Source of the DNA: Lama guanicoe | Taxonomy: Eukaryota | DNA: 64,000 nt | Direction: 5' to 3' | Assembly: GCA_013239625.1 (NCBI GenBank) | Contig: MU053629.1 | Span: 4,057,567 to 4,121,566, forward strand | Shown here: piece by piece, positions 1-11,855 of the stretch | Layout: each line of letters opens with the position of its first letter | Position numbering within the stretch: the first letter of the stretch is position 1 | Position numbers and translations under genes: made by a program | The notes under the pieces: model-generated | Told to the model about the DNA's origin: nothing | Database searches by the model: none | The model's input: only the letters and a program-made list of their open reading frames with translations

Positions 1-555
1 CCCCTCTCCTCCCAGCCCCTGGTAGCCTACCTTATACCGTTGTCTCTGCGTACCTCATATAAATGGAATCGTATATTTGTCCTTTTGTGTCTGTCTTGTT
101 TCACTTATATCTTCAAGTTTTATTTGTGTCTTAGCATATATCAGAGTTGCATTCCTTTTTAAGGCCAAACAATATTCCATTGGATGTACATACCACATTT
201 TATTTATCCGTTCATCTATTAATGGATATTTGGGTTATTGCCACCTTTTTGGCGAATGTGAATAATGCTACAGTGAACGTGGGTGTTCAAATATTTGCTT
301 AAGTCCCTGCTTGCACTTCTTTTGTATGTCTATCCAGAGATAGAATTTCTAGATCGAATGACAGTTCTTTGTGTAATTTTTTTGTAGAGCTGCCATATGC
401 TTTTCCACAGTGGCTGTACTGTTTTGCATTCCCAACAGCAGTGCACAACGGTTCCAGTCTCTCCAGCCTCCCTCACCAACATTTGTTTCCTGGTTTTTTG
501 TTTTCATATCATTTTTGACAAGTAGCCATCCAAATGGATGTGAAGTGGTACAACT
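1..555 (-). mobile_element. Old L1 (L1MB-like) 3' fragment
   Basis: Antisense L1 3'-end text, e.g. 'aatattccattggatgtacataccacattttatttatcc' and 'gtgaataatgctacagtgaac'. Confidence 0.85.
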
Positions 556-1919
556 TGGCTTTTCAGCCAAGGGAAACTCATGTGACGATTAACCATTAAT
601 ACATTGAATAATGTTCCCACCTGACTCACCCAGCTTGCACCCTATTTCTGGCGCCTCGCCATCCGTGGCCCCTTCCCCACCCCGTCTCTTTCTCCCTCTT
701 CTCCAGTTGTGTCCCTGTGCCCAGCCCAGAGTATGCACACACCAGGACGGAAGAGACGATGGATGGGAGGAAGGATGGTGGTTAGCCCCTTCTTAGCAGA
801 CAAGGAAACTGAAAGGGGATCTAGATCGCATCTCACAGACTCGCCGCCCTGGCTGGGTTTTTGTGATACTCCTGAGTTCTGAGCCTCACCCCTGGCCCTG
901 AAAGAGGAGACCACCCCCTTCTGAGGTCTGCTACACAGATTCTTCCCAGTGACTGCCCCCAGACCATCCCAGTTTCCTCATCTGAGCACTCCCTCCTTGG
1001 GCCATGCCAACCTCTATGGCTTCTCAATGAAACTCCCCATGGAGGGGGGGGGCGTGAGGATTTTCCCCATGCCCACGAGTCATAGGAAATAATTGATTAC
1101 AGGAATTAATGGATTAATAACAGATATTTCATTGAGTAAATTACTTTCACTTGTGCACATGTAACTGCTTGTTTGGGGGTAACTGCATGCGAATGGGCGG
1201 GCACAAGAGAGTCAGTGTGAGGCCCACGAGGTGGCTCGAATCGGGGGCACAGAGTCATCTGTTTCCTCCCCTCTGCTGTCCATGAAGCGGGCTCTCACCT
1301 GGACCCTGGTCAAGTCAGCGAGGCATTTAAACTGTGACGTATAACAAGGTGGCCGCCACATCCCCGGTGGTCACCGAGATTGTTCCACAAGCCGTTGGGA
1401 AGTGCATTAACCTATTTAACTGTCCAGAAATCCAGCATCGTGAACATCTCAGTGTCTTATTACTTGCTCAGTGTTGCTTACCTTTACTTATTTGTTACCA
1501 TTTAAATTTTGCTTCAGTTAATTCTTGGATGGGAATGTTTCCACAAACGCAGGCCTGGGGAGAGGGCTCAGAGTCCTACTGTCAGTGGTGTGTTCAGAGT
1601 CTCAAAGATCTCAACCATCTGCTGTTCTTCCAGACACTGCTGCTGAAGCGTTCTTGTTAGACTGTGTCGGGGAGGTGGGGCAAAGATGACTCTGAGATGT
1701 GAAAGCAGGGGTGGAGAGGCTCTGAGGGGTGTGGTGGCTGAAGGAGCCGTGGTTGATGAGTCCTGAGACCGCCTTTCTTGCCAGGCTGTTGCTAACTTGC
1801 AGTGTGACCCGGGGAAAGTCACTTCACCTCTTTGGGGTCTCGGTTTCTCTAGTAAACGCTGTCCCTACAAAGATCCCCTGAAAGTACCGTGTCCCTGTGT
1901 ACTCACGATCCCCCCATAC

Positions 1920-2138
1920 CAAGGTTTCTCAACCTTGACACCTTTAGCATCTGGGGCTGCAGCATCCTTTGTGTCGGGGCTGTCCTGTGAACTGGAGGAT
2001 ATTTAGTTGCAACCCTGCCCTCCAGCTTCCAGCAGCCCCTTCCTACCCTTCCAGCCCCGATGTGACAACCAGAAATGTCTCCAGACATTGCCTCATGTCC
2101 CTGGGGGCAACATTGCCCGGTTAGGAACCGAACCGCTG
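1920..2138 (-). mobile_element. MER20 hAT-Charlie DNA transposon
   Basis: 'tgtgacaaccagaaatgtctccagacattgcc...tccctggggg' is the reverse complement of the MER20 core; TIR-like ends. Confidence 0.85.
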
Positions 2139-2898
2139 ATCCAGGCAGGGGTGTGGGCCCCTCATTCACTTCTCAAACACCGTGAAGCAGCGCCCCCTCT
2201 GGCAGGCGCTGGGAGTGCACAGTGCTTTCTTTACCGTGCAGCAGGTGGGGGCAGGTCATCTGGGTGGTGATGGTGGAGGAGTGTGGGGTGCTCTGGGAAC
2301 AGAGAAGAGGGCACCTGACCTGAGAAGAGGGGCCTGGGGGACCATCTAAACTGAGTCCTGCTGAGAGGTGCCTGTGTGATGTGAGGTGACAGGTGCCAGA
2401 CCTCATCCTGAAGCCTTCCGTGACACCCCACGTGAGGCTGACTCCTTTCATTCGAGGCCTGGTTAGAACTTGGGACTGTGTGTGACAGTCATGGGCGATG
2501 GGCTCTTATCAGCCAGTGACCATTCAGCTGGTCAACCCCTTCTAGTTGCTGGCATCCTTCCCAGCTTAGCCAAACTTTCCTGGAGGGTTTAGGGAAAGTG
2601 GGCTCCCCTCCTCACCTCCTATAGCCTGGAGGGGGTGAGACCTATGTTATGGTGAGGGTGATGGAAAGTAAGACCTGCAGCATCGATAGAGCTTGGAAGG
2701 GGCAGGCTGGGTGGGTGAATGCGTTAGCAGGTGAGTCTTAAGCAGCTGGGACCCAGGAAGTCTGGCTTTTGGGAGCTGCGGCCTGGAGACTAGGAGGAGA
2801 GAGGAAAGAAAGCTATTTAGTCTAAATCCCATCTTCTTGTCTGCGTTGTCTCTGGCTGGTCCTAAGGGTACCACAGGCTTGAAGGGTGCGCTGGACCC

Positions 2899-3063
2899 CA
2901 TGGTCTGTACTCGGCACGTGGCCTGTGGACCAGGAACCTCGGTGTCACCTGGGAGCTGGTTAGAAATGCAGGGTCACAGGCTCAGTGCTGGCCCTATATA
3001 ATCAGAATCTGCATGTTAACAAGATCCCCAAGGACTCACGTGTGCTAAGTTTGAGAAGCACTG
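2899..3063 (+). mobile_element. MER5A-like hAT MITE
   Basis: 'tcacctgggagctggttagaaatgcag...aatcagaatctgcatgttaacaagatcccc...tttgagaagcactg'. Confidence 0.8.
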
Positions 3064-3859
3064 TGCTAGAAAACAAGAAATCCGTATTTATTTAGGAAGA
3101 CCATTTATGTGACCCTCCGTGGGCTAGGCACTGGGGAGGCTGCAACGTGGAGCAGGTGCAACCCCTGCCGTGGCATTCCCTTTTGGCCAGGAGACAGGAG
3201 TCCCAGAGCCACCTCCACCGGCAGCCCACCATCTGAAGGGTGAAAGCCAGACTTCTTTGCCCATCCCTGAAAGCCCTTGGCAGTCAAGACCTCACATTCC
3301 CTTTCTGGACCCTTTCTCCAAGATTTCCCCGCAGGTACCCTGGGCCCTTGCCAAACTGGACAGCAGTGTGCCAGCACACACCTTGCCTTGCCGACTCTGA
3401 GTCTTTGTCTGAGTGGCCCCTATGCCCGTAGAGCACCTTCCTGAGTCTAAAAGTCTTGCAGTGTCTGTTCAAGGGTCACCTCCTCCTGAAAGCCCACCCT
3501 AGCACCATTTCCAAAGCGAGCTCTACCTCCTGTGATCTCTCCCAGCCTGTTGCCTGCGTTCTCACCCCTGACGGTAGCTGTGTCCTCAGCCTAGATCCTT
3601 GGCAAGACTGAAACTGCCGGAGTGCAGGAGTCAAGTGCAAACGCTCTTGCAGTGCATGGCCAGAGCTCAGTGAGGGTCTGTTCACGGACCGACTGAGTGA
3701 CCATGGGCAGAGGCAGGGGATATCTGAACCTGTGATCCAGAGGGGGGACCCAGTGGGTATAGGGAAGTGGAGAATGGAAGCTGACATGTACTGAGCATTA
3801 ACCTTGGGATAGCATGTAACGTTATCCACCCTCAGAGTAACATTTGGAGCCTCTGTTGT

Positions 3860-3985
3860 AACTTCATCCTGCAGATAAGCAGTGGAGGCTCAGAGATGTT
3901 ATGCTACTGACTCAAGGTCACACAGATAGTAAGAGCGGAACTGGGATTCAAATATCCATCTGTCTGGTTCCCGAGTCCATGTCTG
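3860..3985 (-). mobile_element. MIR SINE
   Basis: Antisense MIR core 'gaggctcagaga...caaggtcacacag...ctgggattcaaa'. Confidence 0.75.
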
Positions 3986-4556
3986 TTAGCTGTGCCATGG
4001 ATTGATCTCAGAAAATCCACAGTTCCGGTTGTGCTACATCAGTCAATGTGAAGCCGAGATTTATGGAGTTGAAGATAATTTTGAGGCCAGCTGGTCCAGT
4101 TCCTCCTATTTACTGCTGGTAAATTGAGACGGAGGAAGCAGAGAAATTACTTATCTGAGGATGTGGCAGAGCCGGGACCAGATCCCAAGTCTGGGTGATG
4201 TCAGGGTCATGTCCCTTTCCCCTGTACCAAACTCAGCAGGGCAAGAAAGCCCCGGGGCTTGGGTAGCCAGGAAACCATCCTGGAAGGGACGATCTTTGAT
4301 GGGGGCAGGGATGGGAGCCCTCGTAGGCATCTTTATCGCTCCAGGCAGGAAACATGCCACCTCACACAGTCCTCCCAACAGCCCTTTGGACCATCCCTGT
4401 TTTATAATGTTAGGAAAAACTTGTGGAAGTCTTTGAAATGAGCAAAAAAAAAAAATTGCTTGATGTCTTGGAGAGTGCGCCTTTCTGGGTAATCTGTACA
4501 TTTTATTGTCCTTGAGCAATTTGAACAACTCGAGAAGTTGTCGAAAACTGATAATA

Positions 4557-4612
4557 ATGCAAATGATTCCTGTCCAGAGATGCAAATAAATTTTGCCTGT
4601 TGGGATGCAAAT
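4557..4612 (+). promoter_or_regulatory. Cluster of three perfect POU octamer motifs (candidate enhancer)
   Basis: ATGCAAAT at 4557-4564, 4580-4587 and 4605-4612 within non-repeat AT-rich sequence. Confidence 0.55.
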
Positions 4613-5994
4613 AACTATTGCCTGAGGATACTGACCAGTTTTGCAACTATTTATATAAATTCATTTCAGATTGCCTTATGTGTGTAAGATCTTTGAGTTC
4701 TCCTTGGAACCAGTGTTTAACACCTTACTGGTTCCCTCGTTAATTAGTTAAATAAAATCATTCTGACATTCGTTCGTCTTTGTATTTGTATTAGAGCAGC
4801 TACTTTACATTTTAAAAACTGTCCTTTAACACAGATGACAGGACTTAAAATGGAAAAACCTCGCCCAGGGTCACAGCTTGTAAAAGCTGCAGTCTGATTC
4901 CAAACCTTATCTTCTTGCCGCTACCCACCCCGCTAGCCAGCTTTCTATCTTTTCTTCTTAGATATAGCGCCTGCTTTACAAGGGCTCCTGCTGTGGTCAC
5001 TTGAACTTCTCGGACCTTCAGTTCCCTCAGTTGGTGGCTGAGTATCCGACCTCAGTTCGTCCAGCAGAGTCATGTATACGGAAGCACCCTGAGAACAATG
5101 GAAACCAAGTACACGTGTTACACTAAAGGAGGCGCATGGGCTCTGGACTTGGACTTAGAAGATCTGAGGGCAAATTCTGGCTTCTCTGCTTGGCAGCCCT
5201 GTGACGTTTTTCAAGCCACTCAGTTCTGTCTTGGACCCTCCATTTCCTCAGCTGTCAAATGGGCTTGCCCTGCCTCCCGTACAGAGCTGTTGTAAGGATG
5301 GAGCGAGATGATGGGTGTGTAAGGGTGTTGGAGACTGAGCGCCACACAGAGGTTAAGCCTTAGTGTGAGTGTGACTGCCCGTGTGGTTGTCTGCCCTCCA
5401 GCCTCCAACCCACCTAGAGCGGGCAGGTGGGGAAGTTTGAATCAGGGGATCCTGGTCCTGCTCCCGGCTCTGCAGCCCACTTCTCGGGGGGATAAACTGG
5501 GGCCGCTAGGAGGGCCCTGGGGGATGGGGCGGTGGGGGTGGGGCTCCCACCTGGGGCTCTCCACCCTTCGCCCTCCTCTCTGCATCCCACAGCCAAGCCA
5601 GCTGCCCTGTGCGGTCCACCTTTATTTGGAGGCACTTTCCCACCAGAAGCTGGACAGGGATAAATTTTCCCAGGGCAAGTGTTGCGTGATAAGACCCTTC
5701 ACAAAGCCCTTACATCTGCCTGTGGGCACGTGCCGGTTTATTTATAGCTACTTGATGGTTCTGGAGCCCCATCCATCTGGATGTTTACCTGAGATGACTT
5801 TCCATCAGGTGTGACTTTCGTCAAGTTCAGCCAGCTGAGCGACCGTGAAGTTCTCATTTGGTCTGGGATGAAGAGCCGAAGAAAGACCCAGGTCTCCCAT
5901 CCCCTCTTCCTTCACCAGGACGGAAAACCACAGAACCTCAGGGGCAAAGGCAGATAGAGATTTTCCAGTCCGAAAGCCTCTGTATCTGGCTGTT

Positions 5995-6186
5995 AGTTTT
6001 TCAGAATCACCTGTTGAGGGGTGGGGTTGGGGGCGGAGGAGTTTAAAAAATCCAGATTTGAGGACCCATTTCCTCTAAATTAGAATCTGAAAGTTCGAGA
6101 AAGTTCGAGACATGGCAAGCATGTCTATTTTATGTTTTAAATCTCCCCATGGGCTCCTGGTGTCCAGCAGCCTGGCTTGGGAACCT
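5995..6186. mobile_element. MER5-family hAT remnant
   Basis: 'cagaatcacctg...aaaaatccagatt...ttagaatct...ttgggaacc' pattern; contains a short tandem duplication of aaagttcgag. Confidence 0.5.
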
Positions 6187-6973
6187 CTTTTCCGAAGCAA
6201 TCTTCTTTCTCTGAATAAGGAGGAGCCTTCGACCCAGGGATGTTAAGTCAAGCGTCAGGGTCACCCAGACCACTTACATCCCCTTTTTGGACCCGTTGTT
6301 CCAAAGGGACAGCTTCTTGGGGTGGGTGGCATTTTCTCTGAGCGAGGCTGCTTTCAGGAGCTGCTGCGAGGGGTCCGGGATGGGGAGGGAGCTCTCTGCT
6401 GCCTTCCAGAACAGATCTGGCTGTGAACAAACGAGAGAGAGCTTCAGCGTAAGACAGGCTGAATGGATAATTAAACAGATAGGAAAATGGAGTGCTCTTC
6501 CCTGTACCTCCCGGGAACTGGCTGTGGGGAGATAAAATGCTTCCTTGTCATCAGAAGGCACAGAAGGAGAAACAACCGGGCCTGGCCGTTGGCCATTTAA
6601 CAATATTGCTTTTGTAAACAAGTTGAAAAATCCAGTAACTGTCAAACTTATGGCATGTCCTTTAAAAGCCTGTGTCTGTTTTGCCCATCAACGGATGAGC
6701 GTTTCTGACTGGAGGTGTTCTAATTAAACAGTCCCCGGCTCCAGGGAGGGTGGGGTCATCCTGGCGAAGGAGGATCTGATCTCTTTTGGTGGCTTTGGGA
6801 CCAGAGGTCGGGGTGGTGGGCTTGTGGGGGCAGCGTGTGACAGCTGGACAACCCTCCTCCTCCTTCCTGCGCTCTGCAACTTGGAGACCCCTCCGAAAAC
6901 AACCCAGCAGCAGCTCAAAGAAGCCCACTGGTAAGGTGGGACCCCAGTAGCGAGCGCCCCGCCCCCACCGCAG

Positions 6974-7158
6974 GGGCCCCAGGGAGGCCAGCGCTGCGGG
7001 CCCGGAGGAGGAACGGCTGTTCAGTCCATCCACAAAGAAACCCTTCGGTGGTGGCAGCAACGAGACAGTAGGAAGTGCCGTTCAAGGTGCGGAGGAGCTC
7101 GCAGCCTCGATGGAGAATGGACACACCCCCCCTGGAAAGGACGGAGGGGAGCCCAGTG
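6974..7158 (+). CDS. Candidate internal exon, product unknown
   Basis: Acceptor cccccaccgcag| and consensus donor TG|gtgagt; CpG- and purine-rich; two frames open (one reads GPREASAAGPEEERLFSPSTKKPF...GGEPS); no recognised homology. Confidence 0.2.
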
Positions 7159-7793
7159 GTGAGTGAGCGGGGCAGATGGCGGGGGGCAGGTGTGCTCAGT
7201 CAGTGTTTGTTGAATGAATGAATGGACTTCAGTCCCTTTACCTGAGCTGTGAGGGTTGTTGCCAGAGCCTGATGTGTGGGGGCCCCTGGGGAGCTGGGAG
7301 GTGTTCGGTGGGGTGGGGGACGGTGCCCCTGACCGTGGCTGTGGCTGTGGCCAGGTTAGCCCCTCCCAGGTAGCAGGTGCAGCCTCATCAGAGGAACCTT
7401 CTAGACCACGTGCCTTGACTCAAGGGAGTGGCTGGAGCAGGAGGCTGGCTAAGGTCTCCTGACCTTCCCGCAGGACGTGGGGTGTTTTTCTAACAGCTCA
7501 TCAGGCCCCACTGCCTCAGCCCAGTTTCCAAAAAAGGCCTCAGTTCCCCGGAGAATGGGTGGGAATGCCAACCGGCTTTTTTCTCTTAAGGAACAAGAAA
7601 GACTGGGAAAACATGTCGCCTCCGGACACTGGCCAGGCCTGTTTGCCTCAGTTCCTCATCCGGGTCTCTGTTTGGCAGATGGAGACGCTGCAGCTCAGAG
7701 GTCAAGGCCTCCTGGGGGTGAGTGGGGGAGGGCCTGCGACTCCAGGCCCTGCCCCTGTAAGAGGCTGGGCTGGGCTGCGGTGAGCAGGGGCCC

Positions 7794-8211
7794 TGGGGTG
7801 GCCTGAATAGTGGCCCTAAAAGATACATCCACATCCAGGAACCTGTGAATGTGACCTTATTTGAGAAAAAGGGTCTTTGCTGATGTAATGAAGGGTCTGG
7901 AGATGAGGTCATCCTGGACCACCCAGGCAGGCCCTGAATACAGACATGTGTCCTTCTAAGACACACACAGATGGAAGATGTGGGGATGAGAGGAGACGGC
8001 CGTGTGAAGATGGACGCAGAGGCAAGAGGGGTGTGGCCACAAGCTGAGGAACCACCCGAAGCCAAAAGAGCAAGGAGGACTACTCCCCTAGAGCCTTCCG
8101 GCCGACACCTTGGCTTTGGGCTTCTCCAGAATTGTGGGAGAATCTCTTTCTGTTGTTTTATGCCATCAAGTTTGTGGTCATTTGTTACAGCAGCCCTAAA
8201 AAATAATTACA
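7794..8211 (+). mobile_element. MaLR solo LTR (MLT1B/C-like)
   Basis: 'ggaacctgtgaatgtgaccttatttg...gggtctttgctgatgtaat' and 3' end 'tttgttacagcagccct...taca'. Confidence 0.85.
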
Positions 8212-8429
8212 AAGCCCTTGAGTGGTACCCCACACTTACCGTGGCATCCCCTGAGGACTAGGAGGGAAACCGAGGCAGGCACCCAGGCAGAGGGGACAGT
8301 GAGAGGGTGTGGCAGGTGTGGGTGGGAGCCCAGCCCATAGACTTCTCCCTCTGCATCCTGATAAAAAAAAGCCCAAGGCCTCTAGTGTCCACCATCCTCT
8401 GTGCATCCGTGCATCGGGGAAGCGACTTC

Positions 8430-8840
8430 CTCCTGCGTCGCCTGGCCAATCACAGTGAGCCTTGACTCCTTTGCCAGTGATTGGTTAAGGGGTGGGCTTG
8501 TGACCATGTCTGTGCCAATGAGCTGTGAAAGTTTTCCTGGATTCTAAAAAGGGATGTATAGGACCAGACAGACCCTCATTCTCTCATGGACTTGTCAGGG
8601 GTGAGTGGAGCCCCAGCAGCCACCTTGTGACCATGAGGACAGTGAGCTGGCTCACTGAGGATGGCCGAGGACAGAGGGAGAAAGGAAAGTACCTGACACC
8701 CTGTGATGTTGTCTGGCAATTGGTTAACTAGCGCTGAGGTTGCCCTGCCCTTGGGCTTCTTATAGTGGTGATAGTAAGTTCCTTCTTATTGAACTTGTTG
8801 GGTCAGAGGTTTCTGCACTTGCAGCCAAAGCATCCCCACT
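8430..8840 (+). mobile_element. Old MaLR LTR (MLT1J/K/L-like)
   Basis: 'ggccaatcac...ccagtgattggttaaggggtgggcttgtgacc' and end 'cttgcagccaaagcatcc'. Confidence 0.6.
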
Positions 8841-9067
8841 CAGTGGTTGTCTAACTTTATTTATTTAACCAAATTTCATAGTGAAAATATTTTACACTGG
8901 AACCCGGGACACACAGTCATGTAGAAAACCGAAACAATTTACAAGCTAGTCCGTGCCACACACTCTGATACTTTGTTTTATTTTTGCTTGTTTAATTGCT
9001 GGTCACAATCTAGGACATTGATTTCTTGACCTACCAAGGATCATGACACACAACTTGAAAAACACTG
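8841..9067. mobile_element. hAT-Charlie-type MITE
   Basis: Terminal inverted repeats cagtggtt... / ...aaaacactg. Confidence 0.55.
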
Positions 9068-9093
9068 TTCTGAAATATACAGAAATAGGTGCA

Positions 9094-9115
9094 AGAGAGA
9101 GAAAGAGAGAGAGAG

Positions 9116-9154
<39 letters not shown>
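9094..9154. repeat. Compound (AG)n(GT)n microsatellite
   Basis: Read directly from sequence. Confidence 0.98.
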
Positions 9155-9156
<2 letters not shown>

Positions 9157-10344
9157 TAGAAGGAAGGATTCAAGCTGCCCCAAGGAGGCAAAATCACACA
9201 GACCTGGCCTCAAGACCTCAGATGTTACAGACGTCACTGAGGTGACTTGGGCCTAAAGAGGTGGAGAGGGAGATGCAGGGAGAGGGATGGAAGGGGAGAA
9301 CCAGCATGCACAGAGCTGCTCACCCACTGACACGGTGTGACACTGAGAAAGGAGGAGAAGGAGTTGTGTGAAATCAAGTGGAAAACACAGAGGCCCAGGG
9401 CCGGGGAGCTGGGCCCAGAGAGGTGGGAAATTAACAATGAGATGCAGAGACAGAAACACACACAGGCTGGGAAGCAGAGGGCCCAAGGCTGAGATCAGAG
9501 ATGCAGCTCAGAGCAGAAGGGGATGGAGACGGGCCTGAGTGAGAGCAGTGGTCCTGGAGAACAGAGGCCGGGGTGGGGCTGGGAATCCATCACTGATTAG
9601 CGGTGTGGCCTTGACTGAGGTCATGTGGCCTCCCTTGGCCTCTGCTTCCTCCTCCGAGAAATGGGGCTAACCATCTCCTTCACACGGGTGTGGAGACAGT
9701 CACAATGGGCGTTCTAGGACAGTCCAGCCTCCGAAGAGCCGTCCTCCCGGACCCCTGCCCTTGACCAGACGCAGGGTCTTTAGCTGTCATGCAGCCACGG
9801 TGTCCCGGGTCCCCAGCGTCCCTCCCCCAACAGTCCCCTCCCCCGCTTCCCTGCCCAAAGGAGGGAAACCCATTTCCCTGGGAACAGCTGTGTCTCCTCC
9901 ACAAACAAATGTTCCCTTAAAACGTTTCAGAGGAAGAGCGGGTGGTAATGAGCGCACATCTGGCGCGTCGGCACACTTTCGTTTTGGCAGCTCCGGAGCC
10001 CGCCAAGTGACGATCCCCTAATGCTCACCACAGCCCAGCACCTGCTATTCCCAATCAGGCTTGTACCACTACGCCTCAATTAAGAGCAGACGCGGGGCTG
10101 AGCGAACGAAGAGGGAGCGACCCCCTTCCCCAGCGTGGGAGCCAGAGAAGTGGTCTGGAAACCAGCAAGGCCCCCCCACCCCCCGACCCCGCCGCTCCTG
10201 CCCTGCCTCCCTCCCACCCTCCGTCCTTCCTTAGCTCACCCAGCTACCTGTGCCGGGTCCTTCAGGGATGCAGGAATGAATGACACATCCCTGCCCTCAA
10301 GTTGCCCACAAGCTCCCAGACAGGCACACCTGCTCCCGGTCATA

Positions 10345-10567
10345 CAGGGGTTGGCAGACTTGCTTTGCAAAGGGCCAGGTAGTGAATGCCTGGCTTTGCA
10401 AGCCCCCACGGTCTGTGGCACAACTCTTCAACTCTGCAGTCGCATCACAAAAGCAGCTGTGGACAATACAGCAATGAATGAGCATAGCTGTGTTCTAATA
10501 ACATTTTATTTATCAAAAATGGCGGCAGCCTGGATTTAGCACCTGGGTCATAATTTGCTGACCCCCC
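10345..10567 (+). mobile_element. MER58A hAT MITE
   Basis: 'caggggttggcaga...aaagggccaggtagtgaat...caactcttcaactctgc...tttgctgacccc'. Confidence 0.85.
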
Positions 10568-11459
10568 CTCCCGCTACACTCGAAATGCAGGTAGTCACGT
10601 CTTGGGGGTGTCTGCCCTTACTACCCCTCCCACCCACCGTATTACGTGAGCCCCACCTGGCCTCCCCCCAGTGCTGGAGGGGCACAGCTTATTGGACCGG
10701 GGTGACACCTGACCCAAGCCGGGCCACTCCCTGACCTGGGAACTGGGTTAAGAGGGCCAGCTTGCGTCTGGAGCTGATCTCACCGGGAGCTCAAGTGTGG
10801 CGTCTTGTTTCTGCCCCCTGGACAAGGAAGCAGAAAAGGCCGGGCTACAGAGCAGGTGGATGAAGCGGCCTGTGTGGAGAGAGGCTGCCGGGATCCCAAA
10901 GCCCTTCCAGACCCGCAGCATCCCGTCCCAAGCCCTGACTGCATCACTGCCCTCTGCTACCTGTATCCACCCTGGAGCCTTATTTAGGTGCCGTCTGTTC
11001 TATTTATGCCAGTTCAGATTGGCACCTGCTTCAGCTAACTGAGCAAAGCGCCCTGGACCACATTCTGCTTCTGCAGCGCATTCGTGCAGTTATGGGACAT
11101 TTGTGCCAGGGCTGACTTGCCCTGTGGCTGACACCGCATGTGTGGGTCATGTCCTTGCCCTCCAGCAGCCACGGGGAGCTGACATCCCTGTTCCTTACCT
11201 GGGTACAGCCTGTAGTGATGAGGAGCATGTCGTCTCCCAAGCAGCCAGGGGTGGGGAGAAAGAGACGGAGGACTCCGAGGGCCTTGGTGGCGGAGTGGCC
11301 ATTTGTGGGCCTGGAAGAATGAGTTGACTGTCACTGGGTGGAAAAATAAGATGGCATGAGTGTAGAGCAGCATTTTCCAAATCAGATTCGCAGAACCCAA
11401 CCCCAGGAGGGGTTTTACGGTACCCACTCCCCCATTCTTCTTCACCCACAGACCTCCAA

Positions 11460-11855
11460 TCCCATCTGGGTGATAATGTGCCCCTTAAACTTACTCAACC
11501 TTCCCGGCTCCCTTGCAGCTAGGGTGCTCATGTGACATGCTTCTGGCTGATGGGGTGAAGCAGAAGTCTGCTGGGGGAGCTTCAGGGGTATAAAGATTCA
11601 ACCCACCTTTTCTCTTTGCCTTTTCCCTTCTTCCTGCCTGGAATGGAACTGTGGTGCCGGAAAGGGCTGTAGTCATTTGCAGCCACTATGGTGGAGGCTA
11701 TGTGTTAAGGGCGGCAGAGAGGGAAGCTAGAAAGAGCCTGGGTCCCCAGCTCTGTGTCTGAGCCACCACACCGGCCCTGGACTGCCTGTCTCTGTACTGG
11801 TTCCCAGTCACTCCTGGGGAGGTCATTCTCTACTTGGAGTTCAGCACATCCCTCA
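11460..11855 (+). mobile_element. MaLR LTR (MLT1I/J-like)
   Basis: 'ctcccttgcagctagggtg..catgtgac...aagcagaagtctgctgggg...cttcctgcctggaat'. Confidence 0.65.

Noticed and set aside
2188..2208. CTCF-like GCAGCGCCCCCTCTGGC
   Set aside because: Only the GGGGGCGC half fits; the 5' part of the core is misaligned
6930..6973. gtaagg...cag as an intron upstream of the 6974 candidate exon
   Set aside because: About 44 nt, too short for a normal mammalian spliceosomal intron
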